From positions 195,995-259,994 of the IMG/VR virus record IMGVR_UViG_3300037851_000542: 64,000 nucleotides of DNA, one strand, 5' to 3'. This document shows, piece after piece, positions 28,389 through 38,439 of the stretch (positions are counted from its first letter, which is position 1; every line of letters begins with the position of its first letter). A program made the position numbers and the translations under genes. The notes under the pieces were generated by a model, which saw nothing but the letters and a program-made list of their open reading frames with translations, ran no database searches and had not been told where the DNA came from. This DNA is from a virus (taxonomy: Duplodnaviria > Caudoviricetes).

Positions 28389-28924
28389 AAATAGTAATTA
28401 CAACAGAAGACTACATAAAATGTGAAAAAGCCTCTTGTAATATGTGGGCAAATTCTAAAAAAGGGGTATATGGTAAGGGTTTGATAAATAACAACAACGA
28501 TCCATACAAAGCCGAAAGAGTAGGTAAGCTAGGAGAGGTTGCCCTTGCTAAAGTTTTAGGAGGGGATGTAGATTTTTCTTATAAAGAAAAAGGAGATTTT
28601 TGTGATATAACTGTAAAAGGCAAAAAAGTTGATATTAAAACTGCCCTTAGAAATTATGGAGAGCTTTTGGTATACGCAAGGCATGAAAATGGACGGGACA
28701 TTGAATTAAAATCTGATTTGTATATAGCCGCTGTTTTACTAGAAGAAGATCGAATCAAAAAAAGGGCTATAGTAGATTTAATAGGTTGGTGTACTAGAAA
28801 AGAGATACTTGCTAACGGAATGCATCCTGGTAAAAATGGGGCAAAGCACCTAAATTATGTTGCTAAATATTCCAGCCTAAAACATCTGGATGTATTAATA
28901 GCTTATTTAGGGACCTTGGATTAA
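28385..28924 (+). CDS. Putative PD-(D/E)XK nuclease-fold protein
   Basis: GKLGEVALA...CDITVKGKKVDIKT; ATGA overlap with the MTase. Confidence 0.55.
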   Translation: MKIVITTEDYIKCEKASCNMWANSKKGVYGKGLINNNNDPYKAERVGKLGEVALAKVLGGDVDFSYKEKGDFCDITVKGKKVDIKTALRNYGELLVYARHENGRDIELKSDLYIAAVLLEEDRIKKRAIVDLIGWCTRKEILANGMHPGKNGAKHLNYVAKYSSLKHLDVLIAYLGTLD

Positions 28925-28942
28925 ATTAATCCAAGGTCTTTT
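28912..28942 (+). terminator. Hairpin terminator between convergent genes
   Basis: gaccttggatta-aat-taatccaaggtc then tttt. Confidence 0.75.
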
Positions 28943-28946
28943 TGCA

Positions 28947-29201
28947 TTAGAATTTGCTAGCAGCGTCGGCTGTAGCTTCACATCTGTCTACACCTGAACC
29001 AGTTCTTTCTACACCATTACTGGCTTTTAACACAACTACTTCACTTTTATTATCAAGCATTTTTATGCTTTTATACTTGGTATGAGCTACGCCCATATCA
29101 GCTGCTAATTGTGTTAAAATAGCAGCACAACAGTACTCTGGTTTACCTGGTGACATATCTTCTGATATTTCTAGATATTCTTCTTTAGTTTTAACTGGCA
29201 T
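28947..29201 (-). CDS. Hypothetical protein
   Basis: 84-aa ORF with upstream GAGG. Confidence 0.65.
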   Translation of the reverse strand: MPVKTKEEYLEISEDMSPGKPEYCCAAILTQLAADMGVAHTKYKSIKMLDNKSEVVVLKASNGVERTGSGVDRCEATADAASKF

Positions 29202-29294
29202 ATTTTGGTCCTCATTAATTAATTAATTTTTTTGGTGGAATTAAGATTTGTTAACAAAAATGTATATAGTATATTTAAATCTTTTAAATATCAC

Positions 29295-29323
29295 TTGACA
29301 ACTTCAAATTATGTGCATATTAC
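29295..29323 (+). promoter_or_regulatory. Possible sigma-70-type promoter for Hsp20
   Basis: TTGACA-N17-TATTAC. Confidence 0.4.
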
Positions 29324-29368
29324 CTTAAATGTGTTTTATTTATTTAAATGCATATTAGGAGAATGTTT

Positions 29369-29800
29369 ATGTACAATTTAGCATATTTAGATTTATTTAA
29401 CAATAACAGTCTTTTAGATACTATTCAAAAACTTGATAAAGTACCTGTAAGAAGCAATTTACCTATTAATCTTATAGAGGAACAGGATAAGTTTGTAGTT
29501 GAAGCTAAAGTTAATACCTTAGATAAAGATAGCATTCATATTGAATTAATAAATAATAACCTAAGTATTACTGTGGATACAAACAAACAACTAACTAAAG
29601 AAGGAGGAAATAATAAACCAATTAATTTTATTTTAAACGAGTTTAAATATAAGGAGGTAAAAAACAGAACTATATCACTATCAAAAACTTGTAATTTAAA
29701 CACAGAATTAAAAGCAGAATTAAATAATGGAATTTTAACCATAGAGATTCCAAAATTGAACCCACAAAGTCAGGAACCTAAAAAAATACCAATAAGTTAA
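29369..29800 (+). CDS. Small heat-shock protein (Hsp20)
   Basis: INLIEEQDKFVVEA, IHIELINNNLSI, AELNNGILTIEIPK; AGGAGA RBS. Confidence 0.88.
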   Translation: MYNLAYLDLFNNNSLLDTIQKLDKVPVRSNLPINLIEEQDKFVVEAKVNTLDKDSIHIELINNNLSITVDTNKQLTKEGGNNKPINFILNEFKYKEVKNRTISLSKTCNLNTELKAELNNGILTIEIPKLNPQSQEPKKIPIS

Positions 29801-29825
29801 TTAGAGTTGCTATTTAATTTAAATT

Positions 29826-29861
29826 AAAGTATATTAAGCGTTAGCGCTTAATATACTTTTT
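29826..29861 (+). terminator. Rho-independent terminator
   Basis: aaagtatattaagcg-ttag-cgcttaatatacttt followed by Ts. Confidence 0.8.
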
Positions 29862-29874
29862 CTTACAGGGCACT

Positions 29875-30864
29875 ATGACTAGATTAATAGCACATCGGGG
29901 TAATATAGCTGGTCCAAATCCAGACTCCGAGAATAAACTAACCTACTTATTAAAGGCTTTAAGCTTAGGTTTTGATATTGAAGTAGATGTTAGATTAAAG
30001 GACGGCAAATTATACTTAGGTCACGATGTAGAACAAGAGCAAATTGAAAGTTCTTTTCTAAAAAATAAAAGAATATGGACTCACTGTAAGGACATAGAAT
30101 CTTTTAACTACTTGCTTCAATTTAAGGATATAAATTGTTTTTATCAAAATAATGAAGATATAGTCCTTACTAGTAGGGGTTTTGTTTGGCACCATTCTTC
30201 TAATACAAACTTTGGACAAAAAAGTATAGGTGTTTGTTTAGATTATAATCAGGATTTTGATAATAATATTAGCTCTATGTATGGTTTATGTTCTGATTAT
30301 GTAGGCTCCTATACAGTGCCTCCAAAAAATAATAGTAGCTCAGGTCTATTTAAATTGCTTGTTATTGATATTGATGGGGTAATGACTGATGGCAGGAAGT
30401 ATTACGATTTAAATGGCGAGATCTTAAGTAAAACGTATTATGATCAGGACTTTACCGCCATAAAAAGATTTAAGTCTGCCGGAATACAAGTTTGTTTCCT
30501 TTCAGGCGATAGGACTATAAATGAAAAAATGGCAGAAATTAGAAAGATAGACTTTTATTTTGCTAGAGATCTTATTACTGGTAGTATAGATAAAGCTAAC
30601 TTTTTACCAAAACTTTGTGAAACATACAATGTTACACAAGATGAAATAGCATACGTTGGAGACGATTACTATGACCTTTCTATTATAGAGAGTCTTTGGT
30701 ACACGTATTGCCCCTCTAACGCTGTGTTTGATCTAAGGCAAGTGGTACATAAGGTACTTGACGCAGAAGGCGGTCACGGGGTTATAGCGAAGCTATACGA
30801 GGAGTACAAAGACCAGATAGACTACTCGTTTCCTATAGATAATTTTGAGGTTAACAACAAGTGA
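29875..30864 (+). CDS. Fusion of a GDPD/PLC-like phosphodiesterase domain and a KdsC-like HAD phosphatase
   Basis: IAHRGNI...GFDIEVDV, then LLVIDIDGVMTDG, FLSG, AYVGDDYYD. Confidence 0.82.
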   Translation: MTRLIAHRGNIAGPNPDSENKLTYLLKALSLGFDIEVDVRLKDGKLYLGHDVEQEQIESSFLKNKRIWTHCKDIESFNYLLQFKDINCFYQNNEDIVLTSRGFVWHHSSNTNFGQKSIGVCLDYNQDFDNNISSMYGLCSDYVGSYTVPPKNNSSSGLFKLLVIDIDGVMTDGRKYYDLNGEILSKTYYDQDFTAIKRFKSAGIQVCFLSGDRTINEKMAEIRKIDFYFARDLITGSIDKANFLPKLCETYNVTQDEIAYVGDDYYDLSIIESLWYTYCPSNAVFDLRQVVHKVLDAEGGHGVIAKLYEEYKDQIDYSFPIDNFEVNNK

Positions 30865-31700
30865 AGTTAGCATTATATGGCAATGTAATATTAGATGAGA
30901 TCTGGTCTGTTAACACTAATTTAATTGATCATTCTAATGTTGCCAAATCAAAAAAAGAATCAATGGGGGGCGTAGTTAATTGTCTTTGGGCATTAAAATC
31001 TAATACTTTAACAGAAGTGTGTTTATATGCTTGCACTAATTACCTTTTAGAGGGTGATTATACATTTAAAAACTTAAATATATCTAAACTGCATAATTCA
31101 ACAAGTTTAAATAGTAGTGCGCTAATACTAGAGGATTTATCCTCCGGTCTTAAAACTAGCTATGTCATTTGGGGAGATGAATGTAATCAAAGCATACCTG
31201 TGGACAAAGATTATGATTGGATTCATATTGCATATCTTGATAAGCTGCATTTTTTAAATGTAGAAACTTTAAAAGAACTAAAATTAAAATGTAAATATCT
31301 ATCTGTAGATTTCTGTCTAAAAACCCCAGATCTAGAAAACGTAAATAGAATTAATTCAATTATAGACATAGGTCTCATTGATGTTTTCTTTGGGTCTTTA
31401 GAGGAGTTACAAAATTATAAACTTAAAAGTAGCAAAACTAGTATTGTTGTAGAGCACTCTTCTAGGGTTTGTAAGCTATACAGACCTAAAAAAGAATGCT
31501 CATTAGTTTTTACTGATTACATAGAGTCTAATATAAATGTTAACGGTGCTGGTGATTATTTAGCGGCAACATTTATTAACCTATGTTTATGTAAACTTAG
31601 CACTTTAAAAAAGCCTCTAAATAGTTTAAACTTAGAAGAGCTATTAGCAGAAGCAAGTAAAAAAACAACTAAATTCATTTTAGAAAAGTCGGCACAATGA
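30861..31700 (+). CDS. PfkB-family carbohydrate kinase
   Basis: GNVILD, MGGVVN, VNGAGDYLAA. Confidence 0.8.
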   Translation: MKLALYGNVILDEIWSVNTNLIDHSNVAKSKKESMGGVVNCLWALKSNTLTEVCLYACTNYLLEGDYTFKNLNISKLHNSTSLNSSALILEDLSSGLKTSYVIWGDECNQSIPVDKDYDWIHIAYLDKLHFLNVETLKELKLKCKYLSVDFCLKTPDLENVNRINSIIDIGLIDVFFGSLEELQNYKLKSSKTSIVVEHSSRVCKLYRPKKECSLVFTDYIESNINVNGAGDYLAATFINLCLCKLSTLKKPLNSLNLEELLAEASKKTTKFILEKSAQ

Positions 31701-32878
31701 GTAATACCAAAAAGTATACATTATTAGTTCCTTTAGCCGGTAAAGGACAGCGTATGGTCAATGGTGGTTTTAAACTACCTAAACCTATGCTACTAGCTGG
31801 ACATAAAACTATACTTGAGTGGGGATTAGACTCAATAGATTATTCTGAGTGTGAATTAATATTCATTGTAAGGCAGGATCATATATCAGGATTTTCAATA
31901 GACTCTTTTTTAAAGAGAAAGTATGGAGAAGAAATAAAAATAGCTATAGCTTATGAGGATACAGCAGGATCCTTACAAAGTTGCCAGCTAGCCAAAGATT
32001 TAATAAACAAAGACCTACCATTAATCATTTTCTGCCCAGACGTAGCATTTGATAAACCAAAATTTAAACCAAAACCTTCTGATTTTATAGCTGATGGGCA
32101 CATCCTAACTTTTAAAGCTAACTCTACTAACTATAGTTATGTCAGATCTGATTCAAAAGGTAATGTAATTCAAACAGCAGAAAAAGTTATTATAAGTGAA
32201 GATGCTTCTGTAGGTGTCTATTGTTTTAAATCAGCCAGAACTTTCTTTCAATATACATCTACAGTTATAACAGGAAACTTAAAAGAACAGGGTGAGTTTT
32301 ATATTGCACCTTTGTATAACCTATTAATAAGAGATGGTTTAAAAGTTACTCAACAGAGAGTTGAGACTATGTACATTATGGGTACTCCTGAAGAATTAAA
32401 CTTCTTTAATAAAGTCGTCTATAATTACTTTTTACCTAGGAGTTTTATATTATGCTCAGACCACTCAGGTTTTACAAGAAAGCAAGAAGCAATAGATTAT
32501 TTAACTAAATCTTTAAACAGTAATTTCATTGACTGTGGTTGTCACTCTACTAAAGATTGTGATTATACCGAATTTATAGAGAGCGCCGTCTCGGTACATA
32601 ACAGAACACCTGGGTCTATTATTTTGGGTTTTTGCAGGTCTGGTCAGGGAGTTAATATAACTGCTAATAAATTTAAAAATATAAGGGGAGTTTTAGTATC
32701 AGATGCAGTCGGGGCTAGGTTAGGCATTGAACATAATGCCGCCAATTTTTTTGCTATACCTGAAGGGGTTACCAACGAAAAGGCACTCATTGACATTATA
32801 CAAGAGTTAAAGACAGCTCAGTTTAGGGGAGGTAGGCACCAAAACAGGCTATCTAAAGTTCTGCAAATTGGAAATTAA
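31697..32878 (+). CDS. Fusion of a sugar nucleotidyltransferase (GT-A) and an RpiB/LacAB-type isomerase
   Basis: VPLAGKGQRM...PKP, AEKVIIS, GEFYIAPLYN; then CSDHSGF, CRSGQG, HNAAN, GGRHQNRL. Confidence 0.85.
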   Translation: MSNTKKYTLLVPLAGKGQRMVNGGFKLPKPMLLAGHKTILEWGLDSIDYSECELIFIVRQDHISGFSIDSFLKRKYGEEIKIAIAYEDTAGSLQSCQLAKDLINKDLPLIIFCPDVAFDKPKFKPKPSDFIADGHILTFKANSTNYSYVRSDSKGNVIQTAEKVIISEDASVGVYCFKSARTFFQYTSTVITGNLKEQGEFYIAPLYNLLIRDGLKVTQQRVETMYIMGTPEELNFFNKVVYNYFLPRSFILCSDHSGFTRKQEAIDYLTKSLNSNFIDCGCHSTKDCDYTEFIESAVSVHNRTPGSIILGFCRSGQGVNITANKFKNIRGVLVSDAVGARLGIEHNAANFFAIPEGVTNEKALIDIIQELKTAQFRGGRHQNRLSKVLQIGN

Positions 32879-33199
32879 ATGAAAATTGATAATATAAAGA
32901 ATTTCACTAATGGTTGGTTTATTGGGGATTTTGAACCTAGCCTGATAAAGACAGAATCTTTCGAGGTAGCACATCACTTATATCCAAAAGGTTATTCGGC
33001 ACCTTTGCATTACCATAAGGTAGCAACTGAGTTCAATTATATTATTAAAGGCAAGGTAAAAATAAAAGAAATAATTTTAGAGGAAGGGGATATATTTGTA
33101 TATGATCCATACGAGGTATCAGAAGTGGAGTTCCTTGAAGATACATCTTTAATAATAATTAAAACACCGTCCCTAACTACTGATAAGTATCTAGTATGA
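32879..33199 (+). CDS. Cupin protein of the type found in glycan loci
   Basis: GWFIGDFEP, HYHKVATEFN. Confidence 0.75.
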   Translation: MKIDNIKNFTNGWFIGDFEPSLIKTESFEVAHHLYPKGYSAPLHYHKVATEFNYIIKGKVKIKEIILEEGDIFVYDPYEVSEVEFLEDTSLIIIKTPSLTTDKYLV

Positions 33200-33996
33200 T
33201 CGATCTTATACTACAAGGTCCAGTTTACCCATATACAAAGGATATTATAGATTACTATTTACAAAGTAATCTGGTTAGTAAAGTTATACTCTCTTGTTGG
33301 GATACTTGCAAAACAGATCATATTTTCAACTCTAAAGTTGTAATTATAAAAAATAAAGATGTTGCTTTCTGCGGTTGTGGCAATATTAATAGGCAAATAT
33401 TATCTTCTATGTCTGGACTACAGGCATCAAATAATCACTATTGCGCCAAAATGAGAACAGACCAAAAGGTTAGTCATAATAGCTTAGATATGATGCATAG
33501 GTTTTATTTAAAATTTAAAAACTCAGATTTAAGATGTCTTGATGGAAGCGGTCCAAATTCGTCAATTTTTGTTGCAGGTATGTATACTAGGTATGCATTT
33601 CATCCTAGGGATCATATTTTCTGGGGACATAAATCTGATCTTATAAGGTTATTTAATATACCATATAGTGAGTTACCATTAGAAGTAAGTGGAGAGAAAT
33701 ACAATAACGGAGAGGGATACTGGAGAAAAACAGTCAGACCGGAAAGTTATTTAGGTACACATTACTGTTCTAATTTCGATGAAAGAGTACTTAATTTTAC
33801 CAAGGACTTTGCCTCTTATATTGTAGACTCAGGAAGCAAGCACAACGAGGCCATGCGGGTTTCAGCAGAGATAAAAGATAAAGTATTTAAAGTGTTTCCT
33901 AGGATTGAACTAGAATGGGCTAAATATAATCTTAAAAACTATCATTATCATATTGGACAAACTTTTACCGAGTATTGGTATGACAATGAGTGGTAA
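33196..33996 (+). CDS. WavE-like protein
   Basis: LILQGP, ILSCW, KMRTDQ, HPRDHIFWG, PESYLG. Confidence 0.75.
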   Translation: MIDLILQGPVYPYTKDIIDYYLQSNLVSKVILSCWDTCKTDHIFNSKVVIIKNKDVAFCGCGNINRQILSSMSGLQASNNHYCAKMRTDQKVSHNSLDMMHRFYLKFKNSDLRCLDGSGPNSSIFVAGMYTRYAFHPRDHIFWGHKSDLIRLFNIPYSELPLEVSGEKYNNGEGYWRKTVRPESYLGTHYCSNFDERVLNFTKDFASYIVDSGSKHNEAMRVSAEIKDKVFKVFPRIELEWAKYNLKNYHYHIGQTFTEYWYDNEW

Positions 33997-34948
33997 CATA
34001 TTACTTATAAATACTTCTAAAAAAGAGTGTGGTATCCATCAGTATGGATTAAATGTATTTAAAGCTCTAGAAGAAAACCAAGACAAGTTAGAATTTAATT
34101 ATTTTTACGGTGCTCCGGCGTCTGCGCAAGAGTTTATATTACTTCTAGACCAAAGGGACTATAAGGCTGTTATTGTAAACTATGTAGGAGCTGTAATGCC
34201 TTGGATAAAAAGTTTTAATTATAAGGCTTATAAAAATACTTTTTTTATTGATCTTATTCACGAGGGTATACATTTAGATCATAAAAACAGTTTTGCAGAC
34301 TACTATTTTGATTTTACACTTTATGCTAGCCCCCTAGATCGAAACGAGCCTAATGTTTTTAAATTGCCAAGGGTCCTACCAAAAGGTACCTCTACACTTT
34401 TTAATAATTTGCCCACAAAACCTAGAATAGGTAGTTTTGGATTTGGTATTCTAGATAGAGGTTGGCTACAGGTCATAGAAAAAGTTCAGGATGAGTTTGA
34501 GGAAGCAGACATCGTATTTCAAATGCCTTTTAATTCAGTAGTAGACCCTAACGGTTCCTACTATGCTAGAAACACAGCATATAGATGCGGACAGGTTAAA
34601 TTAAAACCCAATATTACCTTAAATATTAGTCATCACTTTTTAGACCCAGTGGAAGTAGTTAATTGGTTAGCAAACAACACAATAAACTTATTTCTATATC
34701 AAGAGCCTAACCCTAAAGGTATATCTAGTACTATTGATTTTGCTCTAGCAGCTAACCGTCCTATTGGAATTAGCTCTTCTCCTATGTTTAAGCACCTATC
34801 TGAAGTAGAACCTTTAATCAATACAGATAAAAATACAATTGCCTCTATTATAGATAAAGGTCCTTCTGTATTGGATAGTTACAGGAAAATATGGTCCAGC
34901 GAGTCTTTTTCAGCCTACCTAGATTCTTTGCTTAGATCCAAATTGTAG
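33986..34948 (+). CDS. Putative GT-B glycosyltransferase
   Basis: CGIHQYG, IGSFGFG, GISSTIDFALAANRPIGIS; paralog of 37450. Confidence 0.65.
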   Translation: MSGNILLINTSKKECGIHQYGLNVFKALEENQDKLEFNYFYGAPASAQEFILLLDQRDYKAVIVNYVGAVMPWIKSFNYKAYKNTFFIDLIHEGIHLDHKNSFADYYFDFTLYASPLDRNEPNVFKLPRVLPKGTSTLFNNLPTKPRIGSFGFGILDRGWLQVIEKVQDEFEEADIVFQMPFNSVVDPNGSYYARNTAYRCGQVKLKPNITLNISHHFLDPVEVVNWLANNTINLFLYQEPNPKGISSTIDFALAANRPIGISSSPMFKHLSEVEPLINTDKNTIASIIDKGPSVLDSYRKIWSSESFSAYLDSLLRSKL

Positions 34949-34977
34949 TTGAATCCTTTGTTGTTTAGAGGTATAAT
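34949..34977 (+). promoter_or_regulatory. Sigma-70-type promoter
   Basis: TTGAAT-N17-TATAAT upstream of 35013. Confidence 0.65.
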
Positions 34978-35012
34978 GTTTTAAGTTTTTATTTTTACAA
35001 TATCTACACATT

Positions 35013-36278
35013 ATGTCATTATACAAAGAAGTTACTAAATGCAGGTCCTGTGGTAGCAATATAACTAGTCTATTAGAACTTGGAAACCACAAACTTACAG
35101 GAATATTCCCAGATCCAGGTCAACATTTACCTGAAGCACCAGTTACTCTGATGAAGTGTGTAAACAAGGAATGTGGACTGGTTCAGTTAAAGGAATCAGT
35201 AGATCCGAATCTAATGTACGGAAAAGATTATGGTTATAGGACTGGATTAAATAAGTCAATGTATAACCACGTACTTTCCACCCTAGATTTAAGTAAAAAG
35301 TGGATTACTCTTGAAAGCGGAGACGTTTACGTAGACTGTGGAAGTAACGACGGAAGCCTTGTCAACCACGTATCTAAAAGCACCGAGGGCGTTTTATGTG
35401 TGGGTGTGGATCCTACTATCTGTAAATTTTCAAAATTCTATAACCCAGAAGTTGTAAAAGTAGAAAACTTTTTCAATTATGGTTCGGTAAGTGAAGCTAT
35501 AGGAAACAAGAAAATAAAACTACTTACTAGTTTAAGTATGTTCTATGATCTAGAAGATCCTAACAGTTTTGTTAAAGAAGTCAATAGTTTAATCTCTAAT
35601 GATGGTGTTTGGATTTTTGAACAAGCTTACCTTGGGTTTATGTTAAACAGAGTGACAGTAGATACTATTCTATCTGAGCATTTATTATATTATGACCTAA
35701 AATCAATAGATTACATTCTCTCCCGAAATGGAATGAAAATTATTGATGTAGAGCTAAATGATATAAATGCAGGAAGTTTAAGGGTAACAGCTGTAAAGGA
35801 TACAAGTAAGTTTACACCATCTCCTTCCGTAGGTCTATTAAAGAACTACGAGGAAGTAATGGGGTTTAACGATAGTAGTTTTTCTATCTATAAAAACTTT
35901 GTTACGCTTTGTGAGAACTTTAAAGGTAAATTTCAAGAATTCCTACGTGATTCCTGTTGGACTGATAAAACGGTTTACGCACTAGGTGCGTCAACAAAGT
36001 TTAATTGCATTCTACAGTATGTCGAAGCTAACCCAGACTTAATAAAAGGCATAGGGGAAGTCAATCCAGATAAATTTGGAAAAGTAACACCAGGTACTCA
36101 AATACCTATTTTAAGCGAAGATAACGTTTTGGAACTTCAGCCTGACTTTATAGTAATAGGTTGCTACCACTTTAAAGACTTCTTTTTAAACAATGAGAAA
36201 ATAAAGAAGTATATGAGTAAAGGTGGAACAGTAGTGTTTCCATTACCACATTTAGAGTTTTACAGCACAGGTAGTTAA
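35013..36278 (+). CDS. NDP-sugar C-methyltransferase-like protein
   Basis: CRSCG...CVNKECGLVQL, YGYRTG, DCGSNDGSL, SEHLLYY, LGASTKFN, GTQIPI. Confidence 0.85.
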   Translation: MSLYKEVTKCRSCGSNITSLLELGNHKLTGIFPDPGQHLPEAPVTLMKCVNKECGLVQLKESVDPNLMYGKDYGYRTGLNKSMYNHVLSTLDLSKKWITLESGDVYVDCGSNDGSLVNHVSKSTEGVLCVGVDPTICKFSKFYNPEVVKVENFFNYGSVSEAIGNKKIKLLTSLSMFYDLEDPNSFVKEVNSLISNDGVWIFEQAYLGFMLNRVTVDTILSEHLLYYDLKSIDYILSRNGMKIIDVELNDINAGSLRVTAVKDTSKFTPSPSVGLLKNYEEVMGFNDSSFSIYKNFVTLCENFKGKFQEFLRDSCWTDKTVYALGASTKFNCILQYVEANPDLIKGIGEVNPDKFGKVTPGTQIPILSEDNVLELQPDFIVIGCYHFKDFFLNNEKIKKYMSKGGTVVFPLPHLEFYSTGS

Positions 36279-36280
36279 TT

Positions 36281-37453
36281 GTGAGAGACGGTATAAAATG
36301 TTTTGCTCCTATCTTTGACTTGAGTGGTTATGGTTCTTGGTCTAGGACATATTTAAATATGTTCATAGATTCAGGGATACCTTTAACTATAGGTACAGAT
36401 ATAAACAATAAAAACTCATTTATATCTTACGATCCTGTCAGAGCAGATTATGGGGATGTTTATAGTAAGTTAAACTCTAAACTAAATCTAGATGTAAAGT
36501 ATAGCACTACAATTAGTTGGCTCACTCCTGACTGCGCAGCTTTACAGAACTGTAATGAAAAACAGGATACATATAAAATTCTAATGACTTTATGGGAGAC
36601 ATCAAAGCTTCCAGATCATTGGATTCCAATGATTGATCTTTTTAATGAAGTGTGGTTACCAGGTCCCTGGAATAGAGAAATATTTGAGAGAAGTTTGTTT
36701 AATTTCTCTAAAAGGTTCACAGGGTATTCTTCATTAAATAAGAAGATTATCAGAGAACTTCCTTTACCTGTAAAAGATACCAGCTCCATTAGTAGTCTGG
36801 AAGAAGGACAACTGAAAATAAGCAGAGATAAGTTTAACTTTTATACAATATCTCAATGGTCTGAGAGAAAGAATTTTTTTGATTTAATTTTAACATACTT
36901 AAGTACTTTTTCAAGCGAAGACAATGTTAGATTAATATTAAAAACACACCTAAAAGACTTTACCGAAGAAGATAGAAAATATATAGTCAATGAAATAGGG
37001 CAAATAATACAGAGTACTGGTAGGCACAATTTACCTGAGATATCCTTAATACATAAGTCCCTTTCCTCAGCTGAAATACAACATCTACACAATAATGCGG
37101 ATTGTTATGTCTCCTGTTCTAGAGGAGAAGGTTTAGGTTTGGGAGTACTAGAAGCTTGTACCAACGCAAAACCAGTTATATCTCACGAATTTGGTGAGCA
37201 AAGTATGTATTTAAAAGGTAACAGCCTCTGTTATGATTATCAACTGGGACCGGTCAATGGAAGATCCAACCCAACATTGTATAAGTCAGATCAAGAATGG
37301 GCTTACCCTATTTATAGAAGTTTAAAAGAAAAATTACTTTATGCTTACAATAATAAAGCTAAAATATCAGAAGAAGCCTCAGTAAGAAAACTAGATATAT
37401 TAAATTCCTATAATACCGAAAATATAAAAGATCTGTTGGGTAGTTATTTATGA
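36281..37453 (+). CDS. GT4-like glycosyltransferase
   Basis: SGYG, TLWETSKLP, ERKNF, SRGEGLGLGVLEA. Confidence 0.85.
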   Translation: MRDGIKCFAPIFDLSGYGSWSRTYLNMFIDSGIPLTIGTDINNKNSFISYDPVRADYGDVYSKLNSKLNLDVKYSTTISWLTPDCAALQNCNEKQDTYKILMTLWETSKLPDHWIPMIDLFNEVWLPGPWNREIFERSLFNFSKRFTGYSSLNKKIIRELPLPVKDTSSISSLEEGQLKISRDKFNFYTISQWSERKNFFDLILTYLSTFSSEDNVRLILKTHLKDFTEEDRKYIVNEIGQIIQSTGRHNLPEISLIHKSLSSAEIQHLHNNADCYVSCSRGEGLGLGVLEACTNAKPVISHEFGEQSMYLKGNSLCYDYQLGPVNGRSNPTLYKSDQEWAYPIYRSLKEKLLYAYNNKAKISEEASVRKLDILNSYNTENIKDLLGSYL

Positions 37454-38439
37454 TCAAGGTGTTATTTGTAACTCATAGTATAGAATCTTGTGGTGTATAT
37501 CAATATGGTGTAAACATAAGCAAAGCCATAAAAAAACACAATAAAGAACTTGATTGGGAATACTTTGAGTGTAGTAGTGAATTGAGTTTGGTTAACAAAG
37601 TTAAAGAGTATTCGCCTGATGCAATAGTAGTTAATTTTCATCCAGGTACTGTGCCTTGGGTAGTTAATCATTATGGGTTTCTAAAAATAATCTGCACTCA
37701 TTTAAATATACCACTGTGCGGGTTCTTTCACGAGGTCACACAGCAAAAAATAGATAGCGGAGAACAGTCCGCTTTTGATTTTGTTCTGTGTCCCGACCCC
37801 ACAGTTTCTGTGCCAAACCTAAAATACTGGAAGCTACCAAGGTTAATACTAGAACCTGATGAAGAATTAAAAGTAAAAGACAATAAAGGTAGGCTAGTAA
37901 TTAGTAGCTTTGGATTTCCCTTTAGAAATAAAGGCTTTCTAGAGTTATTACACGCTGTTAATAGTCAGTTTGATAATGCTGTACTGAAGTTAAATTTACC
38001 TGAAAACACAGTAGTAGGAGAAGAGTTAAGAATAGAATCAAGAGCAGTCTTAGAGGAACTTCACAACTATAAAAGAAAACCTAACATAGACCTTGTTATT
38101 AGTCAGGATTTTTTATCCACGCAGGAAGTTCTTAAGTTCTTGGCAGATAGCAATTTAAATTGTTTTTTATATCACAGTTTACCAGATAGAGGTGTATCTA
38201 GCTGTATTGATTACGCATTAGGTGTTAAAGTACCAATCGCTATATCAAAATCAAATATGTTTAGGCATCTTAGTTCAAAGTATAAAGACTTATGTGTAGA
38301 AAATTCATCTTTAGTGGATATTCTAAACAGGGGAACTTCACCTTTATCAGACTTTTATAATAAATGGTCTTCAGTGGAGTTTGCTAAAAATATGGAGCAG
38401 ACATTAAATAATTTACTTAATGTTTGGAAAAGAAAGTAG
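37450..38439 (+). CDS. Putative GT-B glycosyltransferase, paralog of 33986
   Basis: CGVYQYG, ISSFGF, GVSSCIDYALGVKVPIAIS. Confidence 0.65.
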   Translation: MIKVLFVTHSIESCGVYQYGVNISKAIKKHNKELDWEYFECSSELSLVNKVKEYSPDAIVVNFHPGTVPWVVNHYGFLKIICTHLNIPLCGFFHEVTQQKIDSGEQSAFDFVLCPDPTVSVPNLKYWKLPRLILEPDEELKVKDNKGRLVISSFGFPFRNKGFLELLHAVNSQFDNAVLKLNLPENTVVGEELRIESRAVLEELHNYKRKPNIDLVISQDFLSTQEVLKFLADSNLNCFLYHSLPDRGVSSCIDYALGVKVPIAISKSNMFRHLSSKYKDLCVENSSLVDILNRGTSPLSDFYNKWSSVEFAKNMEQTLNNLLNVWKRK

